The notes beneath the pieces were generated by a model, which saw only the letters and a list, made by a program, of their open reading frames with translations, searched no databases and was not told where the DNA came from. 64,000 nucleotides of DNA from Spirochaetia bacterium (GTDB taxonomy: Bacteria; Spirochaetota; Spirochaetia; SZUA-6; Bin103). The position numbers were made by a program, and so were the translations under genes. The DNA lies in assembly GCA_965203055.1 (NCBI GenBank), contig OZ241863.1:4128001-4192000 (forward strand). The letters run 5' to 3'. Positions 50,879 to 60,303 of this stretch are shown piece by piece. Position 1 is the stretch's first letter. Each line of letters opens with the position of its first letter.

Positions 50879-53779
50879 TTACTGGCAGACCTCGCACGCC
50901 TCGGCGTCCGCGCACTCCGCCGGGGCCGCGCTGACGGCAACGGCCGCGGCGGTGACCGCTGCCGGCGCCGCCGCGGCAGCGGGCGCGGCGGGCGCGCCGG
51001 CCGCCGGCGCGGGCGTGGCGGCGGGTGCGGGCGCGTGCGCGCCGTTGCTGGCCGTGCCGTTGCCGGCCGCGGCGCGCCGTTGGGTCAGGCCGTAGGCCGC
51101 CCCCAGGGTGGCCTTCTCCACCTGCGACGCGGCCATGGTGCGCAGGTAGTAGGTGGTCTTCAGACCGAGCTTCCAGGCAGCCTGGTAGATGTCGCTCAGC
51201 AGGCGGCCCGAGGTGCCCTGCATGAACACGTTGAGGGACTGGCTCTGGTCCAGCCACTTGCCGCGCGCGGCCGCCAGCCGGAGGTACTGGAACGGGTCGA
51301 TCTCGAACGCCACCTTGTACTTGCGCCGCAGGTGCCCGGGCAGCAGCGCCATCCGCTGCAGGCTGCCGTCGTGATACTTCAACTCGTCGGCCAGCTCCCG
51401 GCTCCATAGCCCGGCGGCCCGCAGGTCGGCCACCAGATAGGGGTTGATCACCGTAAACTCGCCGCTGATGTTGCTCTTCACGTAGATGTTCTTGTAGGGC
51501 GGCTCGAAGCTCGGAAAGCACCCGGCGATATTGGAGATGGTCGCCGTCGGGGCGATGGCCATGGTGTTGGAGTTGCGCATGCCGTGGCGGGCGACGTGGG
51601 CGCGCACCGGCTCCCAGTCGAGCGCCCCGCCCTGCTCCACTTCCAGCGCCATGCCGCGCTCCTCCTCCAGCAGCTTCAAGGTGTCGTGCGGCAGCAGGCC
51701 GCGCTCCCACTTGGAGCCGGCGTAGCTGGCGTAGGCCCCGCGCTCGGCGGCAAGCTGCGACGACGCCAGAATCGCGTGATAGGAGATCAGTTCCATGACG
51801 CGGTCGACGGTGGTGAGGGCCGCCGGGTCCTCGAACGCCAGGTCGAGCTTGAACAGGGCGTCCTGCAGTCCCATGATCCCCAACCCCACCGGGCGATGGC
51901 GCAGGTTGGAGCGCTTCGCTTCCTCCGTCGGGTAGAAGTTGATGTCCACCACGTTGTCCAGCATGCGCATCGCCGCGCCGACCGTGTCGGCCAGCAGCTC
52001 GCGGTCGATGCCCGCGGCGCCGACGTGCTTCTCCAGGTTGATCGAGCCCAGGTTGCACACCGCGGTCTCCTCGGCCGAGGTGTTGAGCGTGATCTCGGTG
52101 CACAGATTGGAGCTGTGCACCACGCCGGCGTGATCCTGCGGACTGCGAATGTTGCACGGGTCCTTGAAGGTGATCCAGGGATGCCCGGTCTCGAACAGCA
52201 TGCTGAGCATCTTGCGCCACAGCTTGGCCGCCGGCAGGGTGCGGTGCCGCTTCAGCTTGCCGGCCCCGGCCAGCGCCTCGTAGTGGCAGTAGCGCTCCTC
52301 GAAGCGGCGCCCGTAGAGGCGGTGCAGATCGGGCGTCTCATCCGGCGAGAACAGCGTCCAGTCCTGCCCCGCCAGCACCCGCTTCATGAACAGATCCGGA
52401 ATCCAGTTGGCGGTGTTCATGTCGTGGGTGCGGCGCCGCTCGTCGCCGGTGTTGCGGCGCAGGTCGAGGAAGTCTTCGATGTCCAGGTGCCACGACTCCA
52501 GGTAGGCGCAGGTGGCGCCGCGGCGCTTGCCGCTGCGGTTGATGGCCAGGGTGACGTCGCTGGCGATCTTCAGGAACGGCACCACGCCCTGGCTCTCCAC
52601 GCCGGTGCTGTGGATGGTCGCCCCGGTGGCGCGGATGTTGCTCCAGTCGTTGCCGAGGCCGCCCGACCACTTGGAGAGCTGGGCGTTGTCGCTCAACGCC
52701 TTGAAGATGCTGGTGAGGTCGTCGTCGATGGTGGTCAGGTAGCAGGAGCTGAGTTGCGGGCGGCGGGTGCCGGCGTGAAACAGGGTCGGGGTGGAGGGCA
52801 CGAAGCGCAGGCTGGAGATCAGCTCGTAGAAGCGGATCGCCTGCGCGTCGCGCTGCTCCTCGGCCAGCGCCACCCCCATGGCCACGCGCATCCAGAACGC
52901 CTGCGGCGCTTCCACCACCGCGCCGTCGACGCGGGTGAAGTAGCGTTCGTGGAGCGTCTGCACGCCCATGTAGAGCAGCAGGTCGTCCCGCTCCGGGCGC
53001 AGCGCGGCGGCCAGCCGGTCCAGGTCGAACTCCAGCAGGCGGGGATCGAAGGCGCCGCCCTCCACGCCGCGCCGCAGGCCGTCGCGGAACGCCTGGCGGT
53101 AGTCGGCGTCGAGGCGGTCCCGGTGCAGGGGGGCGCCCATCACCTCCTTGTAGATGCGCTGCAGGAACAGGCGCGCGGCAAGCTGGCTGTACGCCGGGTC
53201 GCGCTCGATGAACGAGGCGCAGGCCAACAGCAGCGCCTTCTCGATTTCGGTCGTCGAGATGCCGTCGTAGATGTTGCGGATCGTCTCGCGCGCCACCTCG
53301 TCCACCGCCACCGCCGCGCTCAGACTGCGGCCGCCGGCGCCGCGCTCGCCCGCCGCGGCGCGCTGGATGCTGCGGGTGAGCTTGGCGATGTCGAACAGCA
53401 CCTTGCGCCCGGCGCGCGTCTCGACGGTGAGCCGCCCGAGCAGGGACTGGCGCGCAACCCGCTCCTTGCGCTGCTCGCGCGCCTGCTGGCGCTCGGCGCG
53501 GTACAGGATGTACGCCTTCGCTATCTCGTACAGGCCGTTCTTGACCAGGTGCTTCTCGACGATGTCCTGGATGTTCTCGACGTTGGGGTAGAGCTCGATG
53601 AAGCGGCTGTCGATCTCGCCGATCACGTCCGCCACCACCGTGCTCAGGGTGCCGTTCTCGAGCGCGGCCCACTGGTCGCGCGGCGCGGTGGCGCGGATCG
53701 CCTTCGAAATCGCTACGCGAATGCGCTCGCGGTCGAAGTCGACCACTTCGCCGGTCCGCTTGATGACCATCAGGCTCAT
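50879..53779 (-). CDS. nrdA: Ribonucleotide reductase alpha subunit with two ATP-cones
   Basis: VIKRTGEVVDFD and VETRAGRKVLFD cones, TPTLF, QLSSCY, SNLCTEI, VCNLGS, APTAT, KTTYYLR and C-terminal CEVC. Confidence 0.97.
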   Translation of the reverse strand: MSLMVIKRTGEVVDFDRERIRVAISKAIRATAPRDQWAALENGTLSTVVADVIGEIDSRFIELYPNVENIQDIVEKHLVKNGLYEIAKAYILYRAERQQAREQRKERVARQSLLGRLTVETRAGRKVLFDIAKLTRSIQRAAAGERGAGGRSLSAAVAVDEVARETIRNIYDGISTTEIEKALLLACASFIERDPAYSQLAARLFLQRIYKEVMGAPLHRDRLDADYRQAFRDGLRRGVEGGAFDPRLLEFDLDRLAAALRPERDDLLLYMGVQTLHERYFTRVDGAVVEAPQAFWMRVAMGVALAEEQRDAQAIRFYELISSLRFVPSTPTLFHAGTRRPQLSSCYLTTIDDDLTSIFKALSDNAQLSKWSGGLGNDWSNIRATGATIHSTGVESQGVVPFLKIASDVTLAINRSGKRRGATCAYLESWHLDIEDFLDLRRNTGDERRRTHDMNTANWIPDLFMKRVLAGQDWTLFSPDETPDLHRLYGRRFEERYCHYEALAGAGKLKRHRTLPAAKLWRKMLSMLFETGHPWITFKDPCNIRSPQDHAGVVHSSNLCTEITLNTSAEETAVCNLGSINLEKHVGAAGIDRELLADTVGAAMRMLDNVVDINFYPTEEAKRSNLRHRPVGLGIMGLQDALFKLDLAFEDPAALTTVDRVMELISYHAILASSQLAAERGAYASYAGSKWERGLLPHDTLKLLEEERGMALEVEQGGALDWEPVRAHVARHGMRNSNTMAIAPTATISNIAGCFPSFEPPYKNIYVKSNISGEFTVINPYLVADLRAAGLWSRELADELKYHDGSLQRMALLPGHLRRKYKVAFEIDPFQYLRLAAARGKWLDQSQSLNVFMQGTSGRLLSDIYQAAWKLGLKTTYYLRTMAASQVEKATLGAAYGLTQRRAAAGNGTASNGAHAPAPAATPAPAAGAPAAPAAAAAPAAVTAAAVAVSAAPAECADAEACEVCQ

Positions 53780-53794
53780 ATGCCCCCCAAATCG

Positions 53795-54031
53795 TCAGTC
53801 AGGCCAGAGTTCGCCCTGGCCGGAAGTCCGCACTTCCTCGTCCAATGTCCGCGTGATCGCCGGCAGGTACTCGCCATTGGCGCGGGCGCGCTCCACGTCC
53901 GCCTCGATCAGCTCGATGAGGCGGCGCGTCATGGTAGTGCCGCGCAGCGCGCACAAGGCGCGGAACTGCTCGCGCAGACTCAACGGCACCTGTCTGAGGT
54001 TGATAGCGCCGAACGAGCGCCTGCCCGCCAT
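53795..54031 (-). CDS. Small ribbon-helix-helix (Arc/CopG-like) DNA-binding protein
   Basis: AINLRQVPLSLREQFRALCALRGTTMTRRLIELIE fits a beta strand with alternating hydrophobics, helix A, G-x-T turn and helix B. Ends 15 bp before nrdA. Confidence 0.65.
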   Translation of the reverse strand: MAGRRSFGAINLRQVPLSLREQFRALCALRGTTMTRRLIELIEADVERARANGEYLPAITRTLDEEVRTSGQGELWPD

Positions 54032-54106
54032 TGGGCAACCCTCCCCGGATTCCTTCCGCCCGCGGCGCCGGGCCGGAACCGGCCGGCGCCATGCGCGCAG
54101 AATACA

Positions 54107-54135
54107 ACAGTATCATTTGTATCACCGGCAGGCAA
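54107..54135 (-). promoter_or_regulatory. Sigma70-type promoter of RHH-nrdAB with overlapping repeats
   Basis: Minus strand TTGCCT, 17 bp spacer, (TGA)TACTGT. TGATAC occurs twice, 9 bp apart, and ATACAA-N9-TTGTAT spans 54102-54122. Confidence 0.6.
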
Positions 54136-54196
54136 CCCGGCGGCCGCCGCAGTTTCGGCGCGGTCGGCGCCGGGGCGCGGACGCCGGAGGCGTGGC

Positions 54197-55141
54197 TCAG
54201 GCGGGCGCCTCGGGGGCGCCGGCGATGCGCAGCAGCGGGCCGCGGCGTTCCAGGAACTGCTCCGCCACCAGGGCGCCGACGACGCCCGCCAGACGGTCGC
54301 CGGCGGCCGGCGTTGCGCCGTCCGCCGCGCCGGCCTCCGCGCAGCGGTCGCGCAGTTCGCGGTAGCTGAGGCAGCGCCGTTCGGTGAGCAGCCGAATGAC
54401 CAGCCCGCGAAGCTGGCGGGTAGAACCGGTGAAGGGACTCTGGCGCGTGTAGTGGGCGCTGCGCCGGTTGGGATTGGCGCCGCGCCGGCCCAGCGCGGCG
54501 CCGTAATCCATCAGCGCGTAGTACCAGCGGCGCGGCCGGCGCCGGTCGAGGGTGCGCGCCACCAGGGGCAGCAGGGCGCGGTCCGGGACCTCGGCCGCAG
54601 TCGGGAAGAACTGGTCCAGATAGACGCGCCGGATGTTGGTCTCGATGAACACCGCCGGGCGGTCGAAGGCGAACGCCAGCAGGGCGCCGGCGGTGGCCGG
54701 GCCGATTCCGGGCAGCCGCTGCAGCGCGCCGCGGTCCGCGGGCAGGGCGCCGGCATGATCGCGCATGACGCTCTGCGCGGCGCGCTGCAGCGCCAGGGCG
54801 CGGCGGTTGTAGCCGAGTCCGCTCCACTGCTCCAGCACCGCGCCGAGCGGCGCCCGCGCCAGCGTGGCCGCGTCCGGGAAGCGCGCCAGAAAGCGCGGGT
54901 AGTAGCGCGCCACGCGCGCCACCTGGGTTTGCTGCAACATCACCTCGGAAACCAGAATGGCGAACGGATCGCGGGTCGCGCGCCACGCCAGCGCCCGGGA
55001 GTGGCGCCGGTAGTGCGCGTAGACCCGGGCGCGAAACCGCTCCACCGCGGCCGCGCTCAGCGGCGGCGGCGGGCTCGTGTTGCCGGCGCCGGCGGGGCGC
55101 TGGTATGCTGCGCCCGCCGCCGCTCCCCTGTCAGGTAGCAA
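54197..55141 (-). CDS. mutY: Short MutY-like HhH-GPD glycosylase lacking Fe-S cluster motif
   Basis: LVSEVMLQQTQV, WSGLGYNRRA, LPGIGPATA, ETNIRRV, ALMDYG. True start is probably downstream (e.g. GTG 55045). Confidence 0.8.
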   Translation of the reverse strand: MLPDRGAAAGAAYQRPAGAGNTSPPPPLSAAAVERFRARVYAHYRRHSRALAWRATRDPFAILVSEVMLQQTQVARVARYYPRFLARFPDAATLARAPLGAVLEQWSGLGYNRRALALQRAAQSVMRDHAGALPADRGALQRLPGIGPATAGALLAFAFDRPAVFIETNIRRVYLDQFFPTAAEVPDRALLPLVARTLDRRRPRRWYYALMDYGAALGRRGANPNRRSAHYTRQSPFTGSTRQLRGLVIRLLTERRCLSYRELRDRCAEAGAADGATPAAGDRLAGVVGALVAEQFLERRGPLLRIAGAPEAPA

Positions 55142-56145
55142 TGGAATCTCGCGAGTTGATCATCGTTGGCGCCGGCCCCGCCGGACTGGCCTGCTCCATC
55201 GCCGCCGCCCGCGCCGGGCTGGATCATGTTGTCTTCGAGAAGGGCACCGTGGTCAACACCATCTACCGCTTCCCAACCGACATGACCTTCTTCTCCACCC
55301 CGCAGAAGCTGGCCATCGGCGGCCTGCCGTTCGCCTGTCCCGACCGCAAGCCGAGCCGCCGCCAGGCGGTCGCCTACTACCGCGCCGTGGCCGACCACTT
55401 CGCGCTGCCGATACGCACCGGCTGCGCGGTGCCGGGCGCGCGCCGCGACGGCGCCGGCTTCGCCGTGACCGTGGAGCGTCGCGGCGCCCGGCATGAGGAG
55501 CGCTGCGCCGCCCTGGTGGTGGCCACCGGCTTCTTCGATACCCCGCGCCGCCTCGGCATCCCCGGCGAGGAGTTGCCCAAGTGCTCCCATTACTTTGCCG
55601 ACGGCCACCCCTACTACGGGCGCGAGGTGGCCGTGGTGGGCGGCGGCAACTCCGCCGTCGAGACCGCGCTGGAGCTGCTCGCCGCCGGCGCCCGGGTGAC
55701 GCTGATTCATCGCGCCCCGGCGTTGCGCCCGGCGGTCAAGTACTGGGTGCGCCCGGAGATCGAGAACCGCATCGCGGACGGCAGCGTCGCCGCCCGCTTC
55801 AGTACCACCGTCGAGCGCGTGGAGCCCGCCGCCATCGTGCTGCGCGGCCCCGGCGGGCGCGAACGGCTGGCCAACGACGCGGTGTTGTTCCAGGTCGGCT
55901 ACCGCCCCACCGACTCCCTGCTGCGCCGGCTCGGGGTCGCCGCCGACCCGCGCAGCGCGGTACCGGAGCACGATCCGGCCACCTTCGAGACTCCGGTTCC
56001 CGGCCTGTTCGTGTGCGGGGCGCTGCTGGCCGGCACCGTGGCCGGCAGCGTGTTCATCGAGCACGGGCGCTATCACGGCGAGCGCATCGTGGAGACCATC
56101 CGCAGCCGGCTGCCGGCGGAGCGCGCCGCGAGTCAGGTCAGTTGA
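55141..56145 (+). CDS. YpdA family (putative bacillithiol disulfide reductase) flavoprotein
   Basis: IVGAGPAG, EKGTVVNTIYRFPTDMTFFST, VVGGGNSA, VKYWVRPEIENRI, FIEHGRYHG. Confidence 0.85.
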   Translation: MESRELIIVGAGPAGLACSIAAARAGLDHVVFEKGTVVNTIYRFPTDMTFFSTPQKLAIGGLPFACPDRKPSRRQAVAYYRAVADHFALPIRTGCAVPGARRDGAGFAVTVERRGARHEERCAALVVATGFFDTPRRLGIPGEELPKCSHYFADGHPYYGREVAVVGGGNSAVETALELLAAGARVTLIHRAPALRPAVKYWVRPEIENRIADGSVAARFSTTVERVEPAAIVLRGPGGRERLANDAVLFQVGYRPTDSLLRRLGVAADPRSAVPEHDPATFETPVPGLFVCGALLAGTVAGSVFIEHGRYHGERIVETIRSRLPAERAASQVS

Positions 56146-56180
56146 GGTAGGTCAGTCCGGCCGGGTCAGATCGGACGCGG

Positions 56181-57158
56181 TCAGCGGTCCGCGGCGGCCG
56201 GCGCCGCGCCGGTGAGCAGTGCGCCGAGCCGCCGGCGCGCCGCGGGGGTGAGCGGCAGCACGCCGCCGGCCGCGGCGCGGCTGATCTGCTGCGGGGTGCG
56301 CGCCCCGACGATCACGCCGCGTACCGCCGGGTGGCCGGCCGCCCAGGCGATGGCGTACCGTTCGGCGGCGCCGCCGCGGGCGGCGGCATAGTCGCGCAGC
56401 GCGGCCGCCGCCCGCAGGTGCGCGTCGAGCTGCGGCGGGTTGAAGGCCGCGGCGCGGGTGCGCCAGTCGTCGCCCGGCATGCGCCGCCGGCGGCGGGCGT
56501 CGAAGCTCTCGCTGAGGATGCCGGAGGCCAGCGGGCTGTAGGCCAGGGCGGCCACGCCGTGCGCGGCGCAGAACGGCAGCAGCTCCTGTTCCGCGCTGCG
56601 CTGCAGCAGATGGTAGGGCAGTTGCAGCGCGCCCACCGGGCGCGCCCGGTGCAGGCGCGCCAACTTCTCGCGCTGCAGGTTGCAGACCCCGCCGGCGCGT
56701 ACCTTGCCCTGCTCCTGCAGGCGCCCGATCGACTCCCAGGCCGCGTCGAGGTCGCAGTCCGGGCCGGGCCAGTGGATCTGGTAGAGGTCGAGGTAGTCGG
56801 TACCCAACCGCCGCAGGCTGGCTTCGGCCTCGCGCACCACGCTGGCGCCGGTCAGGCGGGGATAGGGGCGCCGGCTGCCGGCGCGCCACAGAAAGCCGCA
56901 CTTGCTGGCCAGCCGCACCTGCCGGCGCAGGCCGTGGGCGCCCAGCGTGCGCCCCACCAGCGCCTCGGCGTGCCCCACGCCGTACACCGGAGCGGTGTCG
57001 ATCCAGTTGATGCCCAGCTCCACCGCGCGCACGATGGTGGCCGCGGAGAGCGCGTCGTCCTGCCGCCCCCAGGCGTAGCGCCAACCGGCGCCGCCCATGG
57101 CCCAGGTGCCCAGACCGAGCCGCGACCAGCCGCGCAGGGAGGTGCCGGCCGCGGCCAA
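56181..57158 (-). CDS. Aldo/keto reductase
   Basis: LGLGTWAMGG, WIDTAPVYG, SLRRLGTDYLDLYQIHWP, AYSPLASG. Start uncertain (TTG 57158 or CTG 57170). Confidence 0.9.
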   Translation of the reverse strand: MAAAGTSLRGWSRLGLGTWAMGGAGWRYAWGRQDDALSAATIVRAVELGINWIDTAPVYGVGHAEALVGRTLGAHGLRRQVRLASKCGFLWRAGSRRPYPRLTGASVVREAEASLRRLGTDYLDLYQIHWPGPDCDLDAAWESIGRLQEQGKVRAGGVCNLQREKLARLHRARPVGALQLPYHLLQRSAEQELLPFCAAHGVAALAYSPLASGILSESFDARRRRRMPGDDWRTRAAAFNPPQLDAHLRAAAALRDYAAARGGAAERYAIAWAAGHPAVRGVIVGARTPQQISRAAAGGVLPLTPAARRRLGALLTGAAPAAADR

Positions 57159-57166
57159 CGCTTCTT

Positions 57167-59380
57167 TCAGGCGCGGGGCGCGGCCGCTTCGCCGGCGGCG
57201 CGCGCGGCGCGCAGCGCCAGCGCCGAGAAGCGCGGCCGCTCGGCGCCGCGCCGCGCCGCCAGGGCAACGGCCGCCTCGCTGCCCACCAGCACCACCAGGC
57301 GCTTGCCGCGCGTGACCGCGGTGTAGAGCAGGTTGCGCCGCAGCATCACGTAGTGCTGGGTGTGCACCGGTATCACCACCGCCGGAAACTCGCTGCCCTG
57401 CGCGCGGTGAATGGAGATCGCGTAGGCCGGCACCAGGTCGTCGCGGTCGGCGCCGGCGTAGAGCGCGCTGCGGCTGCCGAAGTCGACCTGCACGGTGCCG
57501 GCGTCGCCGTCCACCGCGGTGACGTGGCCAATGTCGCCGTTGAACACCTCCAACTGATAGTTGTTGCGGGTCTGCAGGACCCGGTCGCCGGGCCGCAGCG
57601 CGGCGCCGCCGGCGGCGCCGGGCGGGGCCGGGTTGAGGCGCTCCCGCAGGCGGGCGTTGAGCTGCACGGTGCCCAGGGGGCCGCGGTTCATCGGCGACAG
57701 CACCTGGACGTCGCGCCGCGGATCGAGGCCGAAGCGGCGCGGGATGTGCCTGGTCACCAGCGCTTCGACGGTCTGCGCGATCGGTTCCGGCTCGCCGCGC
57801 GGGATGAAGTAGAAGTCGCCGGCGTCGGGCAGCCGCCGGGGATCGAACGCGCCGCGGTTGATGGCGTGGGCGGCCAGCACGATGTGGCTCGCCGCGGACT
57901 GCCGGAATACCTCGGTCAGCCGGACGGTGGGCAGGCCGGGGACGGCCGCCAGCTCCGCCAGCACGGCGCCCGGCCCCACCGACGGGAGCTGGTCGGCGTC
58001 GCCCACGAACAATACCCGGCAGCCGGCCGGCGTGGCCTCCAGCAGCGCCGCCAGCAGGCGAATGTCCACCATCGAGGCCTCGTCCACCACCAGCAGATCG
58101 GCCGCCACCGGAAACGACCGGTTGCGGGTAAAGGCGCCCTGGCGGGGACTGAACTCCAGCAGCCGGTGGATGGTGCCGGCGGGCATGCCGGTGGATTCTT
58201 CCAGCCGCTTGGCGGCGCGTCCGGTGGGAGCCGCCAGCGCCACGCGGGCGCCGGCGCGGGTGAAGCTGGCCGCGACCCAGCGTACCAGGGTGGTCTTGCC
58301 GGTGCCGGGGCCGCCGGTGAGCACCGCAACCTTGCTGCGCAGCACCGCCTCGGCCGCGGCGCGCTGCGCCGCGGCCAGCACGATGCCGCCGCCGGCCGCG
58401 GTCAGGGCGGCCGCGGGCGCGGCGCCGCCGGCGCCGCGCAGCAGGGCGGCAAGCTGTTCGCCGGCCCGCTGTTCGGCGGCGAACAGCGGCGGCAGATAGC
58501 GCGCGGCGACGCTGCCGCCCTCCGCCCCCGGGAGCTGCTCGCCGATCACCCGGCCATCCTCGCACAGCGCGGTGACGGCCGCCTGCGCCGGCCGCAGATC
58601 GCTGATCCGGAGCAGGTCGGCGGTGCGCCGCTGCAGGGCGGGCTCCGGCAGATACACGTCGCCCTCGCCGGCCGCCGCGCTGAGCTCATGCAGCGCCGCG
58701 GCCTGGGCCCGCTGCGGGGAATCGTCCGCAATGCCGAGCTTGGCGGCGATGCGGTCGGCGGTGCGAAATCCCATGCCGGGAACGTGCGCCGCCACGCGGT
58801 ACGGGTCCTCCTGCAGCACCGCCCGCGCCCGGTCCCCGAACTCACGGTGGATGCGGCGCGCGTGAGCGGCCGAAATACCGTGGGATTGCAGGAACAGCAT
58901 GATGCTGCGCAGCTCCCGCTGCCCGTGCCAGGCGCGCGCCACCCGCGCGGCGCGCGTGGCGCCGATGCCCGGAACCTCGCGCAGGCGGCGGCTGGCGTGG
59001 TCGAGGACCTCGAGGGTGTCGAGGCCGAAGTGGGAGACGATGCGGCGGGCGAACCCCGGGCCGATCCCCGGCACCCACCCCGAACCGAGGTACTGCTCCA
59101 GACCGGCTACCGTGCGCGGCGTGATGGTGGCGTACGACTCCACCTGGAAGCGGCGCCCATACTTGGGGTGCTCGCTCCAGCCGCCCGTAAGGCGCACCGT
59201 CTCCCCGGGCTGCATCCCCAGCAGACTGCCGACGGCGATCACCTCGGCGCTCTCCGGCTGTTCCTGCAGCGCCACCACCGCGTAGCCGCTCTGCTCCTGG
59301 GAGTATACGACCCGCGCCACCACCCCTTCGACGCTGGCCGCCGCCGGCGCGCTCCCGGCGGGCGGGCCGCCGGCGTCCAA
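57167..59380 (-). CDS. recD2: ATP-dependent RecD-like helicase RecD2
   Basis: HPKYGRRF, HhH repeats, TGGPGTGKTT, APTGRAAKRL, VVDEASM, GDADQL, YAISIHRAQGSEF, LYTAVTR. Confidence 0.95.
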   Translation of the reverse strand: MDAGGPPAGSAPAAASVEGVVARVVYSQEQSGYAVVALQEQPESAEVIAVGSLLGMQPGETVRLTGGWSEHPKYGRRFQVESYATITPRTVAGLEQYLGSGWVPGIGPGFARRIVSHFGLDTLEVLDHASRRLREVPGIGATRAARVARAWHGQRELRSIMLFLQSHGISAAHARRIHREFGDRARAVLQEDPYRVAAHVPGMGFRTADRIAAKLGIADDSPQRAQAAALHELSAAAGEGDVYLPEPALQRRTADLLRISDLRPAQAAVTALCEDGRVIGEQLPGAEGGSVAARYLPPLFAAEQRAGEQLAALLRGAGGAAPAAALTAAGGGIVLAAAQRAAAEAVLRSKVAVLTGGPGTGKTTLVRWVAASFTRAGARVALAAPTGRAAKRLEESTGMPAGTIHRLLEFSPRQGAFTRNRSFPVAADLLVVDEASMVDIRLLAALLEATPAGCRVLFVGDADQLPSVGPGAVLAELAAVPGLPTVRLTEVFRQSAASHIVLAAHAINRGAFDPRRLPDAGDFYFIPRGEPEPIAQTVEALVTRHIPRRFGLDPRRDVQVLSPMNRGPLGTVQLNARLRERLNPAPPGAAGGAALRPGDRVLQTRNNYQLEVFNGDIGHVTAVDGDAGTVQVDFGSRSALYAGADRDDLVPAYAISIHRAQGSEFPAVVIPVHTQHYVMLRRNLLYTAVTRGKRLVVLVGSEAAVALAARRGAERPRFSALALRAARAAGEAAAPRA

Positions 59381-59384
59381 GCGG

Positions 59385-60221
59385 CTAGCCGGCCTCGCGC
59401 CGGGCGGTGCTGCCGAGCAGCTCGATCATGAAGGCGCTGAGGTCATGCTCGCCGGCGCGGCGATAGGCGTGATTCAGGTTGCGCAGCATGCGCTGCACGG
59501 TGCGCACCGCGCTGGCGCCGCCGCGCAGCATCTGCAGTTGGCGCTGGCTGAACGAAGTGCGCCCGATCAGCTTCTCCGCTTCCACCACCCGCCCGCGGTC
59601 GAAACAATCGATCAGGACGATGCGGCCGTCATGGATGGCGCGCGCCAGGAAGTTGCGCGGCAGGTTGCACCCTTCGATGTCCAGACCGAGGCGGTGACCC
59701 ACCAGCATGTAGATGGCGGTCAGGCTGATGGGGATGCCGCGCTTGGAGAGGAGTACCGAGATCAGGTTGCTGTTGAGGGGGTTGAAGAAGTCGTCGCGGT
59801 TGCCGCGCAGCCCGTAGTCCTCGAACAGGAACTTGGCCAACCCGAACGCGCTGCGGCGGCGCCGCGCAGCCCCGGCCTCGGCTGCCAGACCATCGAGCAG
59901 TTCACTCAGCGAGAAGGGAAAATCGACCCCCAACTGGAACCGGGCGATGAGGCTCATGGCGGTCTCGATCTGCGCCGTGCGCCCGCCCGCGGTGCCCCAC
60001 CGCGGCCACTGCCGGCGCAGCCAGTTCTTGCGCTGGCGCGCCAGCACGCGCCGCAATGCCCCGTGCTGTTCCGCATTGAGTTCCGCCAAGTGAGGTTGCG
60101 CCAGCCGCTCCAGCTCCGGCCCCAGCTCCTCGAGCGCGTGCATCACCCGCCGCCGGACCCCGGCAGTGTCATCATCAAGAAGCTGGAGCAGGTGGGGAAT
60201 CTGCTCGCGCGTGTCGGCCAC
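59385..60221 (-). CDS. Transglutaminase-like (SirB1-type) domain protein
   Basis: GLRGNRDDFFNPLNS...VLLSKRGIPISL...EGCNLPRNFL...IDCFDRG...RMLRNL. Confidence 0.8.
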   Translation of the reverse strand: MADTREQIPHLLQLLDDDTAGVRRRVMHALEELGPELERLAQPHLAELNAEQHGALRRVLARQRKNWLRRQWPRWGTAGGRTAQIETAMSLIARFQLGVDFPFSLSELLDGLAAEAGAARRRRSAFGLAKFLFEDYGLRGNRDDFFNPLNSNLISVLLSKRGIPISLTAIYMLVGHRLGLDIEGCNLPRNFLARAIHDGRIVLIDCFDRGRVVEAEKLIGRTSFSQRQLQMLRGGASAVRTVQRMLRNLNHAYRRAGEHDLSAFMIELLGSTARREAG

Positions 60222-60303
60222 GACCCGTCAACCTCCGCTCCGCCACCCTACCCCAGGCGGCGCGGCGAATCAATGGCGCGGCTGGCGCGGCCCGCGGCGG
60301 TGG

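Noticed and set aside
54105..54120. Possible NrdR box upstream of the RNR operon
   Set aside because: Best alignment matches only about 10/16 and misses conserved palindromic positions.
27034..55138. Long plus-strand ORFs 27034-29955, 31737-33854, 42767-46069 and 51584-55138
   Set aside because: They mirror real minus-strand genes (DUF499, DUF262, SNF2, nrdA); stop-poor reverse frames are expected at this GC content.
56181..58565. 794-aa ORF suggesting a large aldo-keto reductase fusion
   Set aside because: The upstream part overlaps recD2 in another frame; only the last ~325 codons carry AKR motifs.
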